DNA of 64,000 nucleotides from the NCBI GenBank assembly GCA_963663765.2, contig CAXXUA010000004.1, positions 416,001 to 480,000 of the forward strand, written 5' to 3'. How positions within the stretch are numbered: position 1 is the first letter of the stretch; each line of letters begins with the position of its first letter. A model generated the notes under the pieces. It did no database searches. It worked only from the letters and a program-made list of their open reading frames with translations, and was not told where the DNA came from. This document shows, piece by piece, positions 20,739 through 31,894 of this stretch. The position numbers and the translations under genes were made by a program. The DNA is from Candidatus Poribacteria bacterium. GTDB taxonomy: Bacteria; Poribacteria; WGA-4E; WGA-3G.

Positions 20739-21465
20739 GTTGTTTTGCCTTTCGTTTATAAGGGGTTGGGTCAGTGATACCAGCATCTTCAAAACCTTTC
20801 TTACGAAGTTGGCAGCTATCACAACTACCACATGCCCTACCCTCTGTGTCAGGATCATAACAGCTGAGTGTGAGGCTATAGTCTACACCGAGTGCTGTAC
20901 CGATACTGATAATTTCTGCTTTCGTTTTTTCAAGAAGTGGTGTTCTGATAGTAAGTTCTGTATCGGCTTCTACTGCAGCTTGCGTTGCAAGGTTTGCCAT
21001 CTTTTGATAGGCGAGGATATATTCAGGACGGCAATCGGGATAACCGCTGTAGTCAATAGCATTCACACCGATAAATATGGTATCTGCAGTAAGCACTTCA
21101 GCCCATGCAAGCGCGTAGGACAAGAAGATAGTATTCCGTGCGGGTACATAAGTTATCGGAATGTTCCCAGACATGTCAATTTCTGATCTCTCTTTAGGTA
21201 CATCAATATCCGCGGTCAATGCTGATGCACCAAAGATACGTAGATCAATATCAATGATGTTATGTTGTTTTGCACCAAGTGCCTTTGCTATGTTTTCTGC
21301 GCTTATGAGTTCTATTCTGTTTCGTTGCCCGTACCGAAAACTCATGACATAGGTATCATAACCCTCTGAACGTGCGATTGCTAAGGTTGTTGATGAATCC
21401 AATCCGCCGCTGAGTAGGACAACAGCTTTTTTTGATTTATTGTAATGAGTTGTTTTTGTAGTCAA
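20716..21465 (-). CDS. queC: 7-cyano-7-deazaguanine synthase
   Basis: SGGLDS; TYVPARN; GYPDCRP; SCY...CGSCDSC. Confidence 0.95.
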   Translation of the reverse strand: MTTKTTHYNKSKKAVVLLSGGLDSSTTLAIARSEGYDTYVMSFRYGQRNRIELISAENIAKALGAKQHNIIDIDLRIFGASALTADIDVPKERSEIDMSGNIPITYVPARNTIFLSYALAWAEVLTADTIFIGVNAIDYSGYPDCRPEYILAYQKMANLATQAAVEADTELTIRTPLLEKTKAEIISIGTALGVDYSLTLSCYDPDTEGRACGSCDSCQLRKKGFEDAGITDPTPYKRKAKQHDKSHIL

Positions 21466-21516
21466 TTTCTTGTAGTAGAATAGGGGCAGTTGTTGCTGCC
21501 CCTGAAAATGTAAAGG

Positions 21517-22044
21517 TTATTCCTTTTCAAATTCAAGTTTTGCGAATCTGAGAAAGATACCGCCTCCCGGTTTTCCAAAAGGTCCGTTGACTGCTAAGCA
21601 TGCGATGACATGTTTTGCACCAGGTTCAGCACTTTCGGATACGATAACGCGTTGCGGCGCGTTGAAACCAGAAGCAGCACCACGTCCTGACTTACCAAAT
21701 GCCAAGTCAATATTACCATCTACCCAAACTTCACCGTAATCGTCAATGCATGTGTGAAACCACACTTTTGAACCTGCGACAGATTTTCCATCTACTTCTT
21801 CGGGAAGCGTAACGGTGATGCGATACCAACCAAAACATAATCCCGACAGAACGATTGCTTGTATGTTTTCACACACATCCCATTCTGAATCGTCGTAATC
21901 TGCGAGACGTGCTCGTGTTTCCGGTAATCGATCAACCAAACCGCCATTCGGTTCACCAGGGACAAGACCATCCGCATAACGCCATTGTGCGTCCGTGAGT
22001 TCAAGGTGTTCAGCATTTTCTAAATCAAGTTCAGCTATAATCAT
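21517..22044 (-). CDS. hypothetical protein, galactose-binding-like jelly-roll
   Basis: YDDSEW...WYRITVTLP...IDDYGEVWVDG resembles the GH2 sugar-binding domain pattern. Confidence 0.6.
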   Translation of the reverse strand: MIIAELDLENAEHLELTDAQWRYADGLVPGEPNGGLVDRLPETRARLADYDDSEWDVCENIQAIVLSGLCFGWYRITVTLPEEVDGKSVAGSKVWFHTCIDDYGEVWVDGNIDLAFGKSGRGAASGFNAPQRVIVSESAEPGAKHVIACLAVNGPFGKPGGGIFLRFAKLEFEKE

Positions 22045-23237
22045 AAATGTTCCTCTCTAAGTTTAGTATTTGTATGCCAAAGTTTGTAGGCAATACATGT
22101 TGAACATATCAGGAAAAATCCTGCGACAATAAACGGTAGATGTGTTGAAATGTTAATTAAGAATCCGCTTGCGACAAACCCAAGAAAGAACCCGGTACTC
22201 CATGCTAAGTGTGTTATACCGACACCGTGTCCTTTCTCATGGGGATCGGTAAATTCATTGATAAATCTTGGGATCGTGATTGAGAGTGCCCATGCAGCTC
22301 CCGCGCCAAGTACCCCAAATAATTGGAGAAAAATTACAGAATTGTGATAGAAAACTAATCCAAAAGCCAGAAATGTCACAACTATATTGGTAACTAAAGC
22401 AGTGATACGGTGACCGACGACATCACATATTCTTCCTGATATAAATTGGCATGTAAAAGCAAATAGCAAACTCATTGCCCCGTAATAACCCGTTGCTTTG
22501 TCTCCTGCCATGCGATAAATCAGGAGTGGTAGTAAGAAGTTTACTGAACCCCAATAATATGTTGGAAAAACACGTAAACCTATTAACTTTTGAATGTCAG
22601 TTCTGCGGCACAAGTCTAAGTATTTTCCTATGTCTATGGTGGACTTCCATATACTTTTCCGTTCATTTTGTTTGTTATTTTCTTGCTGACTAACACGCGG
22701 TAGAAATGTCCAAGCAAGTGCAAAGAGTATAATTGTAAAAAAGACCGCGTTTGTACCGAAAACTGTGTAATTTATCCGGGAGATAGTCTCACCAGCAATG
22801 ACATCGCCAATTGCGTTTCCAACTGTGCTACTAATAAAGTATAGTGCTGTTGCTCTACCCAAATAATTTGGTGGCACTGCACTGATAAGATATGATTGTC
22901 CTCCTGCCGTCTTAAATCCTGAAGCGATCCCTTCATAGCATAGGATACCCCATATAAATAAAGGCAATTGTGTGGTAAATAAACTACCGATAACAACAGC
23001 ACCGGTCATGCCGATAAGCAGTGTTGGTTTTCGTCCGAATCGGTCACTAAAAGTGCCACCTATAAGTGCAGTTAGACCTCCAAGAACGATAGGTAATGCA
23101 CGCAATAGAGAAGTATATAGTGGGTTTTTACCTAAAACTGATTCAACGTAAACTGGCAAAAACAGATGAACTGGTCCTGTAATCAGACCGACTACGAACA
23201 CAACGAGACAGAGAGCGATAAATCCGCGTGTCCACAT
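22041..23237 (-). CDS. MFS transporter
   Basis: About 12 TM segments; GTFSDRFGRK motif A. Confidence 0.9.
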   Translation of the reverse strand: MWTRGFIALCLVVFVVGLITGPVHLFLPVYVESVLGKNPLYTSLLRALPIVLGGLTALIGGTFSDRFGRKPTLLIGMTGAVVIGSLFTTQLPLFIWGILCYEGIASGFKTAGGQSYLISAVPPNYLGRATALYFISSTVGNAIGDVIAGETISRINYTVFGTNAVFFTIILFALAWTFLPRVSQQENNKQNERKSIWKSTIDIGKYLDLCRRTDIQKLIGLRVFPTYYWGSVNFLLPLLIYRMAGDKATGYYGAMSLLFAFTCQFISGRICDVVGHRITALVTNIVVTFLAFGLVFYHNSVIFLQLFGVLGAGAAWALSITIPRFINEFTDPHEKGHGVGITHLAWSTGFFLGFVASGFLINISTHLPFIVAGFFLICSTCIAYKLWHTNTKLREEHL

Positions 23238-23302
23238 CAGAATGTACCAGAAAATGTGGTCGAAATGATAATACGTCTATCCTGCCTTTAATGTAGTGTG
23301 AT

Positions 23303-24931
23303 TTATCCTGTTATTCGCATCAAACTATCTGTAATATTAGGAGCAGCAGTTCCAAGTCCACAAGCACTTGTCTGTTTCATGACTGTGCCTATTTCTAACA
23401 TCAACCTTTTTGACTTTGCATGCATAGGACCGGATAACAGTTCAGTAAGGCGATGAGTGCCGATTCGGCAGGGAAAGCATTTACCACAAGATTCTTCTGC
23501 GAAGAACTCCATTGCATTATGTGCTACTTCATACATATCCCGCGTATCATCAAATACCATGATGCCACCTGCCCCGAGCATAGCACCAACCTTTTGAAAA
23601 CTTGGTTCATCAATTGTAATATCCAGTTCCTTTTCTCCTATAAACCCACCCGATAGACCTGCTGATGAAATCGCTTGAATTGCACGACCTTCGTGTGGAC
23701 CACCTGCCCATTCATATAGAAGCGTTTGCAATGGAAGACCAAACGGCACTTCGTAATTCCCAGGTCTTTGTATATCTCCAGATAAACTTATGATCTTTGT
23801 TCCAGCGATGTTTTTATCATAACTAAGATTTTTATACCACTTTGCACCGTGTCGTAATATTTGTGCTGTAGCTGCCAAAGTTTCTACGTTATTAACGACG
23901 GTGGGTAAGTTTTCAAAACCATGTGTTACAGGATATGGAGGACGGTTTCTTGGGAAAGGGTGTTTTCCTTCCAAACTGTTCAACAACGAACCTTCCTCAC
24001 CACAAACATACGCACCTGCTCCGCGTCGAATATAGATGTGAAAATCAAATTGTTCTCCAAGGATAGTATCACCTACCAAACTTTTTGCTTCAGCATCGGA
24101 TATGGCTCGTTCAAGCGTTTTTAGGGTTTCTGGATATTCATATCTGAGATATATAAATCCCCATGTTGCACCTGTTGCGTAAGCTGCAAGTGTCATTCCT
24201 TCAATAATTGCGTGAGGATCATAGTCAAGAATCACTCTATCCTTAAAGCAACCGGGTTCACCTTCATCTGCGTTGCAGACGATCGTTTTAGGTTGTCCGG
24301 GTGCATTGAGTACAGATTCCCATTTCGTACCTGTTGGAAATCCTGCACCACCTCTGCCTGCAAGTTGGCTCTCTTTTAGTGTATCAATCACTTCCTGTGG
24401 AGTTAGATTTGATATTGCATGTTTCAATCCTTCATATCCCCCAGTCTGTTGATACCCTTCAACCGTATTACGTATCGGATTCCTGATATCTGCAAAGATA
24501 CATTCCTCTTTGTCCCCAGGATAAAGTGGTGGTAATGGTGTTGGATTGACAGAGAGTGAGTCTACACCTTTACCTATGAGAACCTGATGTTCTTTGAGAA
24601 CTGGGATACAATCATCACATCTCCCAGCACAAGGCATCGCAATTGCTCCTTCAGATTTTAGTGCATCCAGTATTTCTAAACCTCCTTGTAACCGACAGAT
24701 AGGACCTGTGCAGACGCGCGGTGCTTTTTGTCCTGGTTCTTCACGTGCAAAATGATGATAGAAAGTTACGGTACCAAAGAGTTCTGCAAGCGGAATGCGA
24801 AGACCTACTGCAATGTCGCGCAGGGCATCTTCAGAGATATATCCATCTCTATCATGGAATGCGTGGAGTAGACTGAGTAGTGGTGCAGGTTCGTCGCACC
24901 ATTGTGCAATCAGTTCTTCATTAGTTTGCAT
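23303..24931 (-). CDS. NuoE/NuoF (HoxE/HoxF-like) fusion NAD(P)H diaphorase subunit
   Basis: TFYHHF, CTGPIC and CAGRC [2Fe-2S]; GRGGAGFPTG; NADEGEPG; GAGAYVCGEE; ESCGKCFPCR. Confidence 0.9.
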   Translation of the reverse strand: MQTNEELIAQWCDEPAPLLSLLHAFHDRDGYISEDALRDIAVGLRIPLAELFGTVTFYHHFAREEPGQKAPRVCTGPICRLQGGLEILDALKSEGAIAMPCAGRCDDCIPVLKEHQVLIGKGVDSLSVNPTPLPPLYPGDKEECIFADIRNPIRNTVEGYQQTGGYEGLKHAISNLTPQEVIDTLKESQLAGRGGAGFPTGTKWESVLNAPGQPKTIVCNADEGEPGCFKDRVILDYDPHAIIEGMTLAAYATGATWGFIYLRYEYPETLKTLERAISDAEAKSLVGDTILGEQFDFHIYIRRGAGAYVCGEEGSLLNSLEGKHPFPRNRPPYPVTHGFENLPTVVNNVETLAATAQILRHGAKWYKNLSYDKNIAGTKIISLSGDIQRPGNYEVPFGLPLQTLLYEWAGGPHEGRAIQAISSAGLSGGFIGEKELDITIDEPSFQKVGAMLGAGGIMVFDDTRDMYEVAHNAMEFFAEESCGKCFPCRIGTHRLTELLSGPMHAKSKRLMLEIGTVMKQTSACGLGTAAPNITDSLMRITG

Positions 24932-25848
24932 CTATCTCTCCACAGTCGTTTGTGTTATTCCATTCAAAGACTATCATGTTAACAAAAACCTGCAAATTAG
25001 AATATCAAATTATCTTCTTAAGGTCAACGTTTTTTGAATTGAGTGTTAAGAGTTTTTTTCTGAACCAGGATTTACAGGATTATCAGATTTTCAGGACTAT
25101 CCTATCAAGGACTTTGATGCGCGTTGATCTTTTCTTTTTGACATGGATTTGATGAGGTAGATCTTGGAAATCTGGAAATCCTGTGAATCCTGGTTCAGAC
25201 AGTCTCGCGTATTTTACGGATGACGCGGAGAAGATACCCGCAACAGAACGCCAACCTTAGAAAACGCGTATCCTAACCTAAAATATATTAGCAAGATGTT
25301 TTATCCGCGTCGCTTGCGCTATCCGTGTCATCCACTATTCTGAAATCGGGGTTGAAAACCCCTCTCACAAGAAGAATGACTCCTACCCGTTGATAGGTTA
25401 TACCATTTCTAAATGACAAATTATCATAATAAACTTTACTATAGTTTCCTTGTTTTCGTCCAAACATGTCGGGATCCAGTTGATCAATGAGAGGTTATCA
25501 ATCCCAGTCCCTATCTGATTTCAAAAGGGATCGAAAGGTCTCAAATCACGATACCCTACCTTTGAAACCCACATCATGACTGGGTACCAACATTTTCAAG
25601 GCATCTTTGTTATCGGAAAAAGCGATAAAATCGTAGTTTTTGTTTCCTTTTTCTTTGAAAGGTTCGTTCAAGTTCTGTGCTACCTTTTGAGGTATTATTT
25701 TCTCAATGCGGGTATGGGTTTGTGTGTGCTCATAGTTGGTATGGTTTTCCACATTCATTGGACAAAAACAAGGTAGTTTGTACATATTCCGTTTGTTGCA
25801 AGTTGGTTTTCAAAGGTGTTTCTATTTTTCTACAAGTTTCGTATATTC

Positions 25849-26122
25849 ACGACTTGTGCCAGTTAACCCATTGTTTTCAAAGTTTTTACATATATTAGGT
25901 TTATAATGCACACATATCGTCCCTACGGGACTAAAGAGGATGTACTATGACATTTTCTATAAACATATCGTCCCTACGGGACTAAAGAGGATGTACTATG
26001 ACATTTTCTATAAACATATCGTCCCTACGGGACTGAAGATCGTTTCAAACTATGAAGACACCTGCGAAACGTCATACTTATGTGAAACAATGATTAACAT
26101 ATAGTTATTTAGCACAACTCGT
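25849..26122. mobile_element. MITE with ACGACTTGTGC/GCACAACTCGT ends and 7-bp TSD
   Basis: TATATTC on both flanks; inverted second copy at 39325-39708; internal 51-bp tandem GTCCCTACGGGAC repeats. Confidence 0.75.
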
Positions 26123-26694
26123 TATATTCGTGAAACTGAAGAAAAGGCTGCACTCCAGCGGAGTGCTATGTTTATAGAAAACGGAATATCCACATTCTTG
26201 CACTCCAGCGGCGTACTATGAGCGGCTCCCACATACCGCTCCGCTGGAGCGGAGTTGTCAGTTGACAATGTGACTATAAACATATTGCTCCGCTGGAGCA
26301 AAGAGGGTTTGCGTTTAGTTCGTTGTGTCTTGATTTGGTAACATAAGCGGTGAACCAATTTCTTATCAACACATGTTTGGAAAAAAATTGTCCAAACTAT
26401 ATTATAGCTTATAGGAATCAGGTATTTTGTTTGCACAAGAAGTGGAGATATGTTAGACTGAATCCACCTCCTTGAATCCTTGTTGCAAATCAATTAGCAG
26501 GAAAAATCAACACCAGACGTCGGTTATATAAACAACAGTACTTGATAAATGGAGCAAAATTTGATAAAGGATGCAACGTCACACGTATCATCTTGTAGAT
26601 TCACGAGCAGTTTAGATGCCGCTTACATTCAGACAGTCGTTTATAGAAAACAATCTATCTTTTTAATTCTTCAGAACATAAAATAAGAATTTGT

Positions 26695-27228
26695 ATGCGC
26701 AAAAATCCGTCTCCGAAACACAAGGATTGGTTCTTCATAATCATGGTGATAGAATGGTGTTTTTTCACTGCTATATCGCTCATTTTTAGTGATTTAGTTA
26801 TAAAAGTGGTGTTTTATTCATTTCTTTTTTTACAGATTGTAATAAATTGGATAAAAAAGAAATGTCATGCTTTTTTTAGGGGGACGATACACGGAAAAGT
26901 CGTTATGAAAAATAGCGATACAACAATTACCCCACTCCGTAATATTGAAGTATATTTTAGTTACCCTACAGCAGAACCACGTAAACCCGTATTTACCGAT
27001 GCCACAGGAAAATTTCGTTTTGAATGTGAGATACCTATAGGAAAAAGTATAACTGTGTCAGTTAAAATAAGAAAAACAGGAAAAAGTCGTTTCATACATC
27101 AAGATATTGGTGAGATTGAAGCTGTAAAATGGTTACTGGGTAAACGTTGGATTGGAATACCGATTTCTTCAGGTGATCTAAAACACGTTGATTTTGTTGT
27201 GACTGACTTTGAAAGAACATTCGTGTAG
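26695..27228 (+). CDS. membrane-anchored hypothetical protein (carboxypeptidase-regulatory-like domain)
   Basis: Two TM segments, then IHGKV...TDATGKFRF. Confidence 0.6.
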   Translation: MRKNPSPKHKDWFFIIMVIEWCFFTAISLIFSDLVIKVVFYSFLFLQIVINWIKKKCHAFFRGTIHGKVVMKNSDTTITPLRNIEVYFSYPTAEPRKPVFTDATGKFRFECEIPIGKSITVSVKIRKTGKSRFIHQDIGEIEAVKWLLGKRWIGIPISSGDLKHVDFVVTDFERTFV

Positions 27229-27394
27229 AAGGTGCGTTAAGTCGGTAATTTTGCAGTGAAGTCCGGCACGTTTACAAAACGCGCCTAATGAACTTTGACA
27301 ATCAAAAGAGGTAATTTATTTGGGAAATTTTACCGGAATTGAACGTCAAATATCATTAGGTGTAAAGTTAAGGAATATTCAGATGCATAAACCC

Positions 27395-28000
27395 TCTTTA
27401 GTCCCGTAGGGACGGAATGTTTATAGCACAACGTTGGCACCACCCTCTTTAGTTCCATAGGGACGGTATGTTTATAAATTGCGGTAAGAACAAACATACC
27501 GTCCCTACGGGACTAAAGAACTTTTCTTTGACGTTTTTCTATAAACATATCGTCCATAATGAAGATTAATAAATAAATGAGGTAATTCTATCAAACCCAC
27601 ACTGGTAGGCGGGGAATGCCTAAATGGCATTCATACCGTTGATTTGGTGCTTTGTATGCGCGCTTGCACATCAAGTCCCAACAGTGCGGTTAGGAAACCG
27701 CACCTACCGGGTTTGGGAAAACTAATACTACCCGTTTAATAACTTAATCTTCATAAGGGACTGAAGAGAGTTCCCACACTTAAAAATTACTTATAGTGAA
27801 ATATACAATTAAGTTTACACTTTTTCTGTAGGCGGGGAATGCCAATAGGCATTCATACCGTTGATTTCGATCTCCGAATCGCGACCGAACGCCTTGATAG
27901 TCGGGAATCGGAGTTCCCTCCTACACCTGAAAGTGTAAAAATAATTCTAAAATCCACTATAAGTTGACACGTATGGGTTGGGAGACCCGACCCATACGTT
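27395..28000. repeat. mosaic of nested REP/MITE repeats
   Basis: GTCCCGTAGGGAC palindromes; ATGAAGATTAA/TTAATCTTCAT ends; TTATAGTG/CACTATAA ends; GTAGG-type REPs. Confidence 0.7.
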
Positions 28001-28246
28001 TGCATTACCGAATTTGAATGTCAAAGTTCATCAGGGTTTGTGGAAAATTAGAATTGCCGAATTAATAAATTAATCTTCATTTATGTTGTGCAGAAACGGA
28101 GCACAACATAATAGGTTGTGCTGCAACACATGCAGTCCGTTTGGTTTGCTTAACGCACATAGCTCAAAGTCTTCAGGCAATTCTAAAATCTACTATAATA
28201 TTCTTCAGTTTTGTCATGCTTTTTAGCATTTGAGAGGATAGACCAA

Positions 28247-28654
28247 ATGAAATACGTACACAACATAGAAGATGCGGAAGTTGTTCGGATAGAAGGTGAC
28301 GCCCCGCGAACACTGTATACACTGATTGAACCGAATACGAGAAATACGAAACACTTTGCGATGGGATTGGAAGAAATTGACCAAAACAGTGAAATACCAT
28401 TGCACTCACATAGTGAAGCAGAAGAGATAATATTTGTCATTAGCGGTGAAGGGATAGTCTACATAGATGATGAAAAAGCAAACTTGAAAACGGGTACAGT
28501 TATCTTTATCCCTCCGAATGTTGAGCATCGGTTTGTCAATACGGGTGATGAACCACTCTGGATAACATGGACACTTTCACCACCGGGTTTTGAAAAACAG
28601 ATTAGGAAAATTGCAGATGGTTCAGCAGGAATGGAGGTGTATAGTGAGAAATGA
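28247..28654 (+). CDS. cupin domain protein
   Basis: HSHSEAEE; PPNVEHRFVN. Confidence 0.85.
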   Translation: MKYVHNIEDAEVVRIEGDAPRTLYTLIEPNTRNTKHFAMGLEEIDQNSEIPLHSHSEAEEIIFVISGEGIVYIDDEKANLKTGTVIFIPPNVEHRFVNTGDEPLWITWTLSPPGFEKQIRKIADGSAGMEVYSEK

Positions 28655-30748
28655 TTACGTCAACATAGATGATGGTGCAATGTCGTAATGTGAAAATTCC
28701 AATGTAAAAGCTCCACGTCCTTGTGTCATGGATCGCAGTCGGGTTGTGTATTGAAACGTCTCTGCTAATGGGATGATAGCGTTGATGATGTTGTTAGAAT
28801 CTTGAGAGGTCGTCTCACTGATCTGTGCGCGACGAGAATTCAGATCACCAATGACTTTACCAACATGTTCATCGGGTACAGTGATGTGAATTTGCATAAT
28901 CGGTTCAAGCAGTAAAGGTTTTGCTGACTTGACAGCCTTTTCAAATGCAAGTACTGCGGCTGCTTCATACGCCATCTCAGATGAATCCGTAGTATGGGTT
29001 GAACCCCCTGTAAGTGTTACCTTTATATCTTGCAAAGCGTATCCCAAGACCGCTCCAGAACCCATTGCATTTTCCAAAGCTGCTTCAATTGATGGGATAA
29101 ATTGGCGGTGAATCTGTGTTTCATCTGTCCTATCTTCAAACTCAAAGCCAGCATCACGTTCTAACGGTTCTACGGTGAGTTTCACATCACCATAAATGCC
29201 TTCTTCATCAGTCTTGTGGATATGTGTTGCGCGCCCTTCAGATTTCATACTGATTGTTTCGTGATATGCTACTTGGAGTTTACTGACGCGTGCATTCACA
29301 CCGAATTCACGAATCATGCGGTCGGTGAGGATTTCTAAATGAAGTTCTCCCATACCTGAGATAACCCGTTGTCCTGTTTCCTTATCAATGCCGACGGTAA
29401 AAGTTGGGTCTTCATCCATAAGTTTTTCAAGGGTTTCTTCTAATGCTTCAGCATCACTTGCCCGTTCAGGTTCAATTGCAACAGAGATGACAGGTGGTGG
29501 GAATTCAATAGATTCAAGGAGGAGTGGATGTGCGATATCGCTCAAAGTGTGTCCAGTTTTCGTGCTACGCATACCGACAAGTGCAACGATGTCCCCTGCA
29601 TAAGCCGCATCGCAACTTGCTTCTTTGTTCGCATGCATCTGTAAAATTCGGTTCACACGTTCCCTTTTCTCTGTAGCAACGTTATAGACAACCTCACCGC
29701 GTTTGAGTGTCCCTGAATAGACGCGACAGTAGACTAACTTATCCACTGTGTCATGACTTGCGACCTTAAATGCTAATGCAGAAAATGGTTCCTTATCATC
29801 AGGTTGTCGAACCACTATTTCAGAGGACTGGTCTGTACCCTTTTTTGTTGATTTGCTTTTTGATGTCTTTGTTATTTCACCTTCAATCGGTGGCACGTCT
29901 AATGGTGAAGGTAAATAACTTATGACAGCGTCAAGGAGCGGTTGGACCCCTTGATTTTTTAGCGAACTACCGCATAACATAGGGATTAAACTTCCCTTCA
30001 GAGTTGCATTGCGAATTCCAGCGATTAATTCAGTTTCTTCAATGTTTCCACCTTCAATATATTTTTCAAGCAGGTTGTCGTCTTCGGCTGCGACATTTTC
30101 TATGAGACTTTCACGCGCGATATTTGCATCATCCTGAAATTCACTTGGAACATCTACCATCTCATAAGTCTTGCCTTGATCAGTTTCATCCCAAATAATT
30201 GCTTTCATTCGTATCAAATCAATCACGCCTTCAAAGTCGCGTCCTTCCCCAAGTGGTATCTGGAGTGGTACTGGATTTGTACCGAATCGTTCCTGCATCA
30301 TCTCAGTCACACGACTGAAATTAGCACCTGCGCGGTCCATCTTATTTACGAAAGCAATTCGCGGAATCTGATAACGTTCAGCTTGATTCCAAACAGTTTC
30401 CGATTGCGGTTCCACACCACCGACTGCACAGAAAAGCGCGATGACGCCATCCAAAACCCGTAGTGACCGTTCAACTTCAACCGTAAAATCTACGTGTCCT
30501 GGAGTATCAATTAGGTGGAATGCATAATCTTGCCAGTAGCATGTGGTTGCAGCGGCAGTGATAGTGACACCGCGCTCACGTTCCTGCACCATCCAGTCCA
30601 TCTCTGCGGTGCCATCATCTACTGTACCGAGCTTATGTTTTTTGCCCGTGTAAAAAAGGATACGTTCGGTAGTTGTTGTTTTACCTGCGTCAATATGTGC
30701 AGCAATACCGATATTTCGTACTTTTTCTATTGGATATTCGCGTGCCAT
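28655..30748 (-). CDS. fusA: elongation factor G (orphan paralog)
   Basis: AHIDAGKTT; ERERGVTI; DTPGHVDF; NKMD; GMGELHL; LRSMTQGRG. Confidence 0.95.
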   Translation of the reverse strand: MAREYPIEKVRNIGIAAHIDAGKTTTTERILFYTGKKHKLGTVDDGTAEMDWMVQERERGVTITAAATTCYWQDYAFHLIDTPGHVDFTVEVERSLRVLDGVIALFCAVGGVEPQSETVWNQAERYQIPRIAFVNKMDRAGANFSRVTEMMQERFGTNPVPLQIPLGEGRDFEGVIDLIRMKAIIWDETDQGKTYEMVDVPSEFQDDANIARESLIENVAAEDDNLLEKYIEGGNIEETELIAGIRNATLKGSLIPMLCGSSLKNQGVQPLLDAVISYLPSPLDVPPIEGEITKTSKSKSTKKGTDQSSEIVVRQPDDKEPFSALAFKVASHDTVDKLVYCRVYSGTLKRGEVVYNVATEKRERVNRILQMHANKEASCDAAYAGDIVALVGMRSTKTGHTLSDIAHPLLLESIEFPPPVISVAIEPERASDAEALEETLEKLMDEDPTFTVGIDKETGQRVISGMGELHLEILTDRMIREFGVNARVSKLQVAYHETISMKSEGRATHIHKTDEEGIYGDVKLTVEPLERDAGFEFEDRTDETQIHRQFIPSIEAALENAMGSGAVLGYALQDIKVTLTGGSTHTTDSSEMAYEAAAVLAFEKAVKSAKPLLLEPIMQIHITVPDEHVGKVIGDLNSRRAQISETTSQDSNNIINAIIPLAETFQYTTRLRSMTQGRGAFTLEFSHYDIAPSSMLT

Positions 30749-30819
30749 TTGTTGTTTGTTGTTTCCTTTGTGTACGTTTGGACGAATACACCAAATTCTG
30801 TTTCAGACAGATTATGATG

Positions 30820-31275
30820 TTACGGGTTCACAATACGCTGCTGTTCAAGCATCTCAATTCTTTGAACAAGTGTATCTATTTTTCTATCTAATTCCTTTTG
30901 TTGTCTGCCTTGCCACACAGAGATGACCTGTGGAATGTTTACTGCGACAACAATCAAAGCAATCAATCCATAGGTGATATTAATTCCTTGTGTTACTCGT
31001 TTATCAACACTCTCAATTTGTTTTTCAATACCTTCAAATCGTTTTTCAATTCCTACAAATCGTTTTTCAACGCCATCAAATTGTCTTTCAATACTGTCAA
31101 ATCTCACATTCACATAATCCTTCATCCGTGCTTCAGAGTCGGTGATCTCTTTCTTAACAACATCGTTGACAATCAACCTGATTTTATCTAGGTCATCGGG
31201 TTTGAGGGATACTTGGCTGAATGCTGGTACTGCGATTATACAACAAAAAAATGTTATTGCCCACATTGTTTTCAT
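30820..31275 (-). CDS. signal peptide + heptad-repeat coiled coil + TM protein
   Basis: ERQFDGV/EKRFVGI/EKRFEGI/EKQIESV repeats, then a TM segment. Confidence 0.7.
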   Translation of the reverse strand: MKTMWAITFFCCIIAVPAFSQVSLKPDDLDKIRLIVNDVVKKEITDSEARMKDYVNVRFDSIERQFDGVEKRFVGIEKRFEGIEKQIESVDKRVTQGINITYGLIALIVVAVNIPQVISVWQGRQQKELDRKIDTLVQRIEMLEQQRIVNP

Positions 31276-31894
31276 TGTCGTTGTTCCTTCATGCACAGTG
31301 TAGTCTGTATATTTGCTTGTCTAATGATTGTATTGTAACAGTGTCATTCAATAGTCGAAATGTGCACTTGTATTAAGAGTTTTCAACCCCGATTTTCCCT
31401 TTTTCTGTCTAATTGGAATACCCAAAATTGTGATCCCTGTCCCAAAAGTGGAATTTTTTAGGTGTTTTCTTGGTGTTTTTTGTGATTTTTTCACAAGTGT
31501 TCTCGATCCTGTCACAGTGCAGGTTTATGTGGGTTTTTTAAATTTACGATATTTTGAAAAAAACAACTAAATGGATGTTTTATCGTTTTTTACTGTGTAT
31601 TATTGTTTATGGTGAAATTTGAAAATAAGTTAACATTTCTACTAAGTATTCTATTCTTTTATTGGTAGGAGCGACCTCCTGGTCGCGACTGTTTTGAAAC
31701 ATTGTCTCCATACGGTCGCGACTGGTAAATTAACGGCATGAATACCATTAAAGCATTCCCCGGGTCCGATCCTACCAACGCAGAGAACGGTCGCGACAAG
31801 GAGGTCGCTCCTACCTGTACATGTATGTAATTAATTCCATAATTTACCATAGTAAGAAACAGTTCTGTGAAAATTATATTTTTTGCTGAAAGCG

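Noticed and set aside
21466-21516. preQ1 riboswitch upstream of queC
   Set aside because: Only a simple GC hairpin (21482-21503); no recognisable preQ1 consensus.
25912-26040. Possible CRISPR (GTCCCTACGGGAC repeats)
   Set aside because: The intervening sequences are identical (51-bp tandem duplication) and the motif is dispersed across the window.
26122-26493. ORFs at 26122-26493 and 40323-40586 sharing DIPFSINIALRWSAAFS
   Set aside because: The similarity comes from a non-coding REP/MITE repeat.
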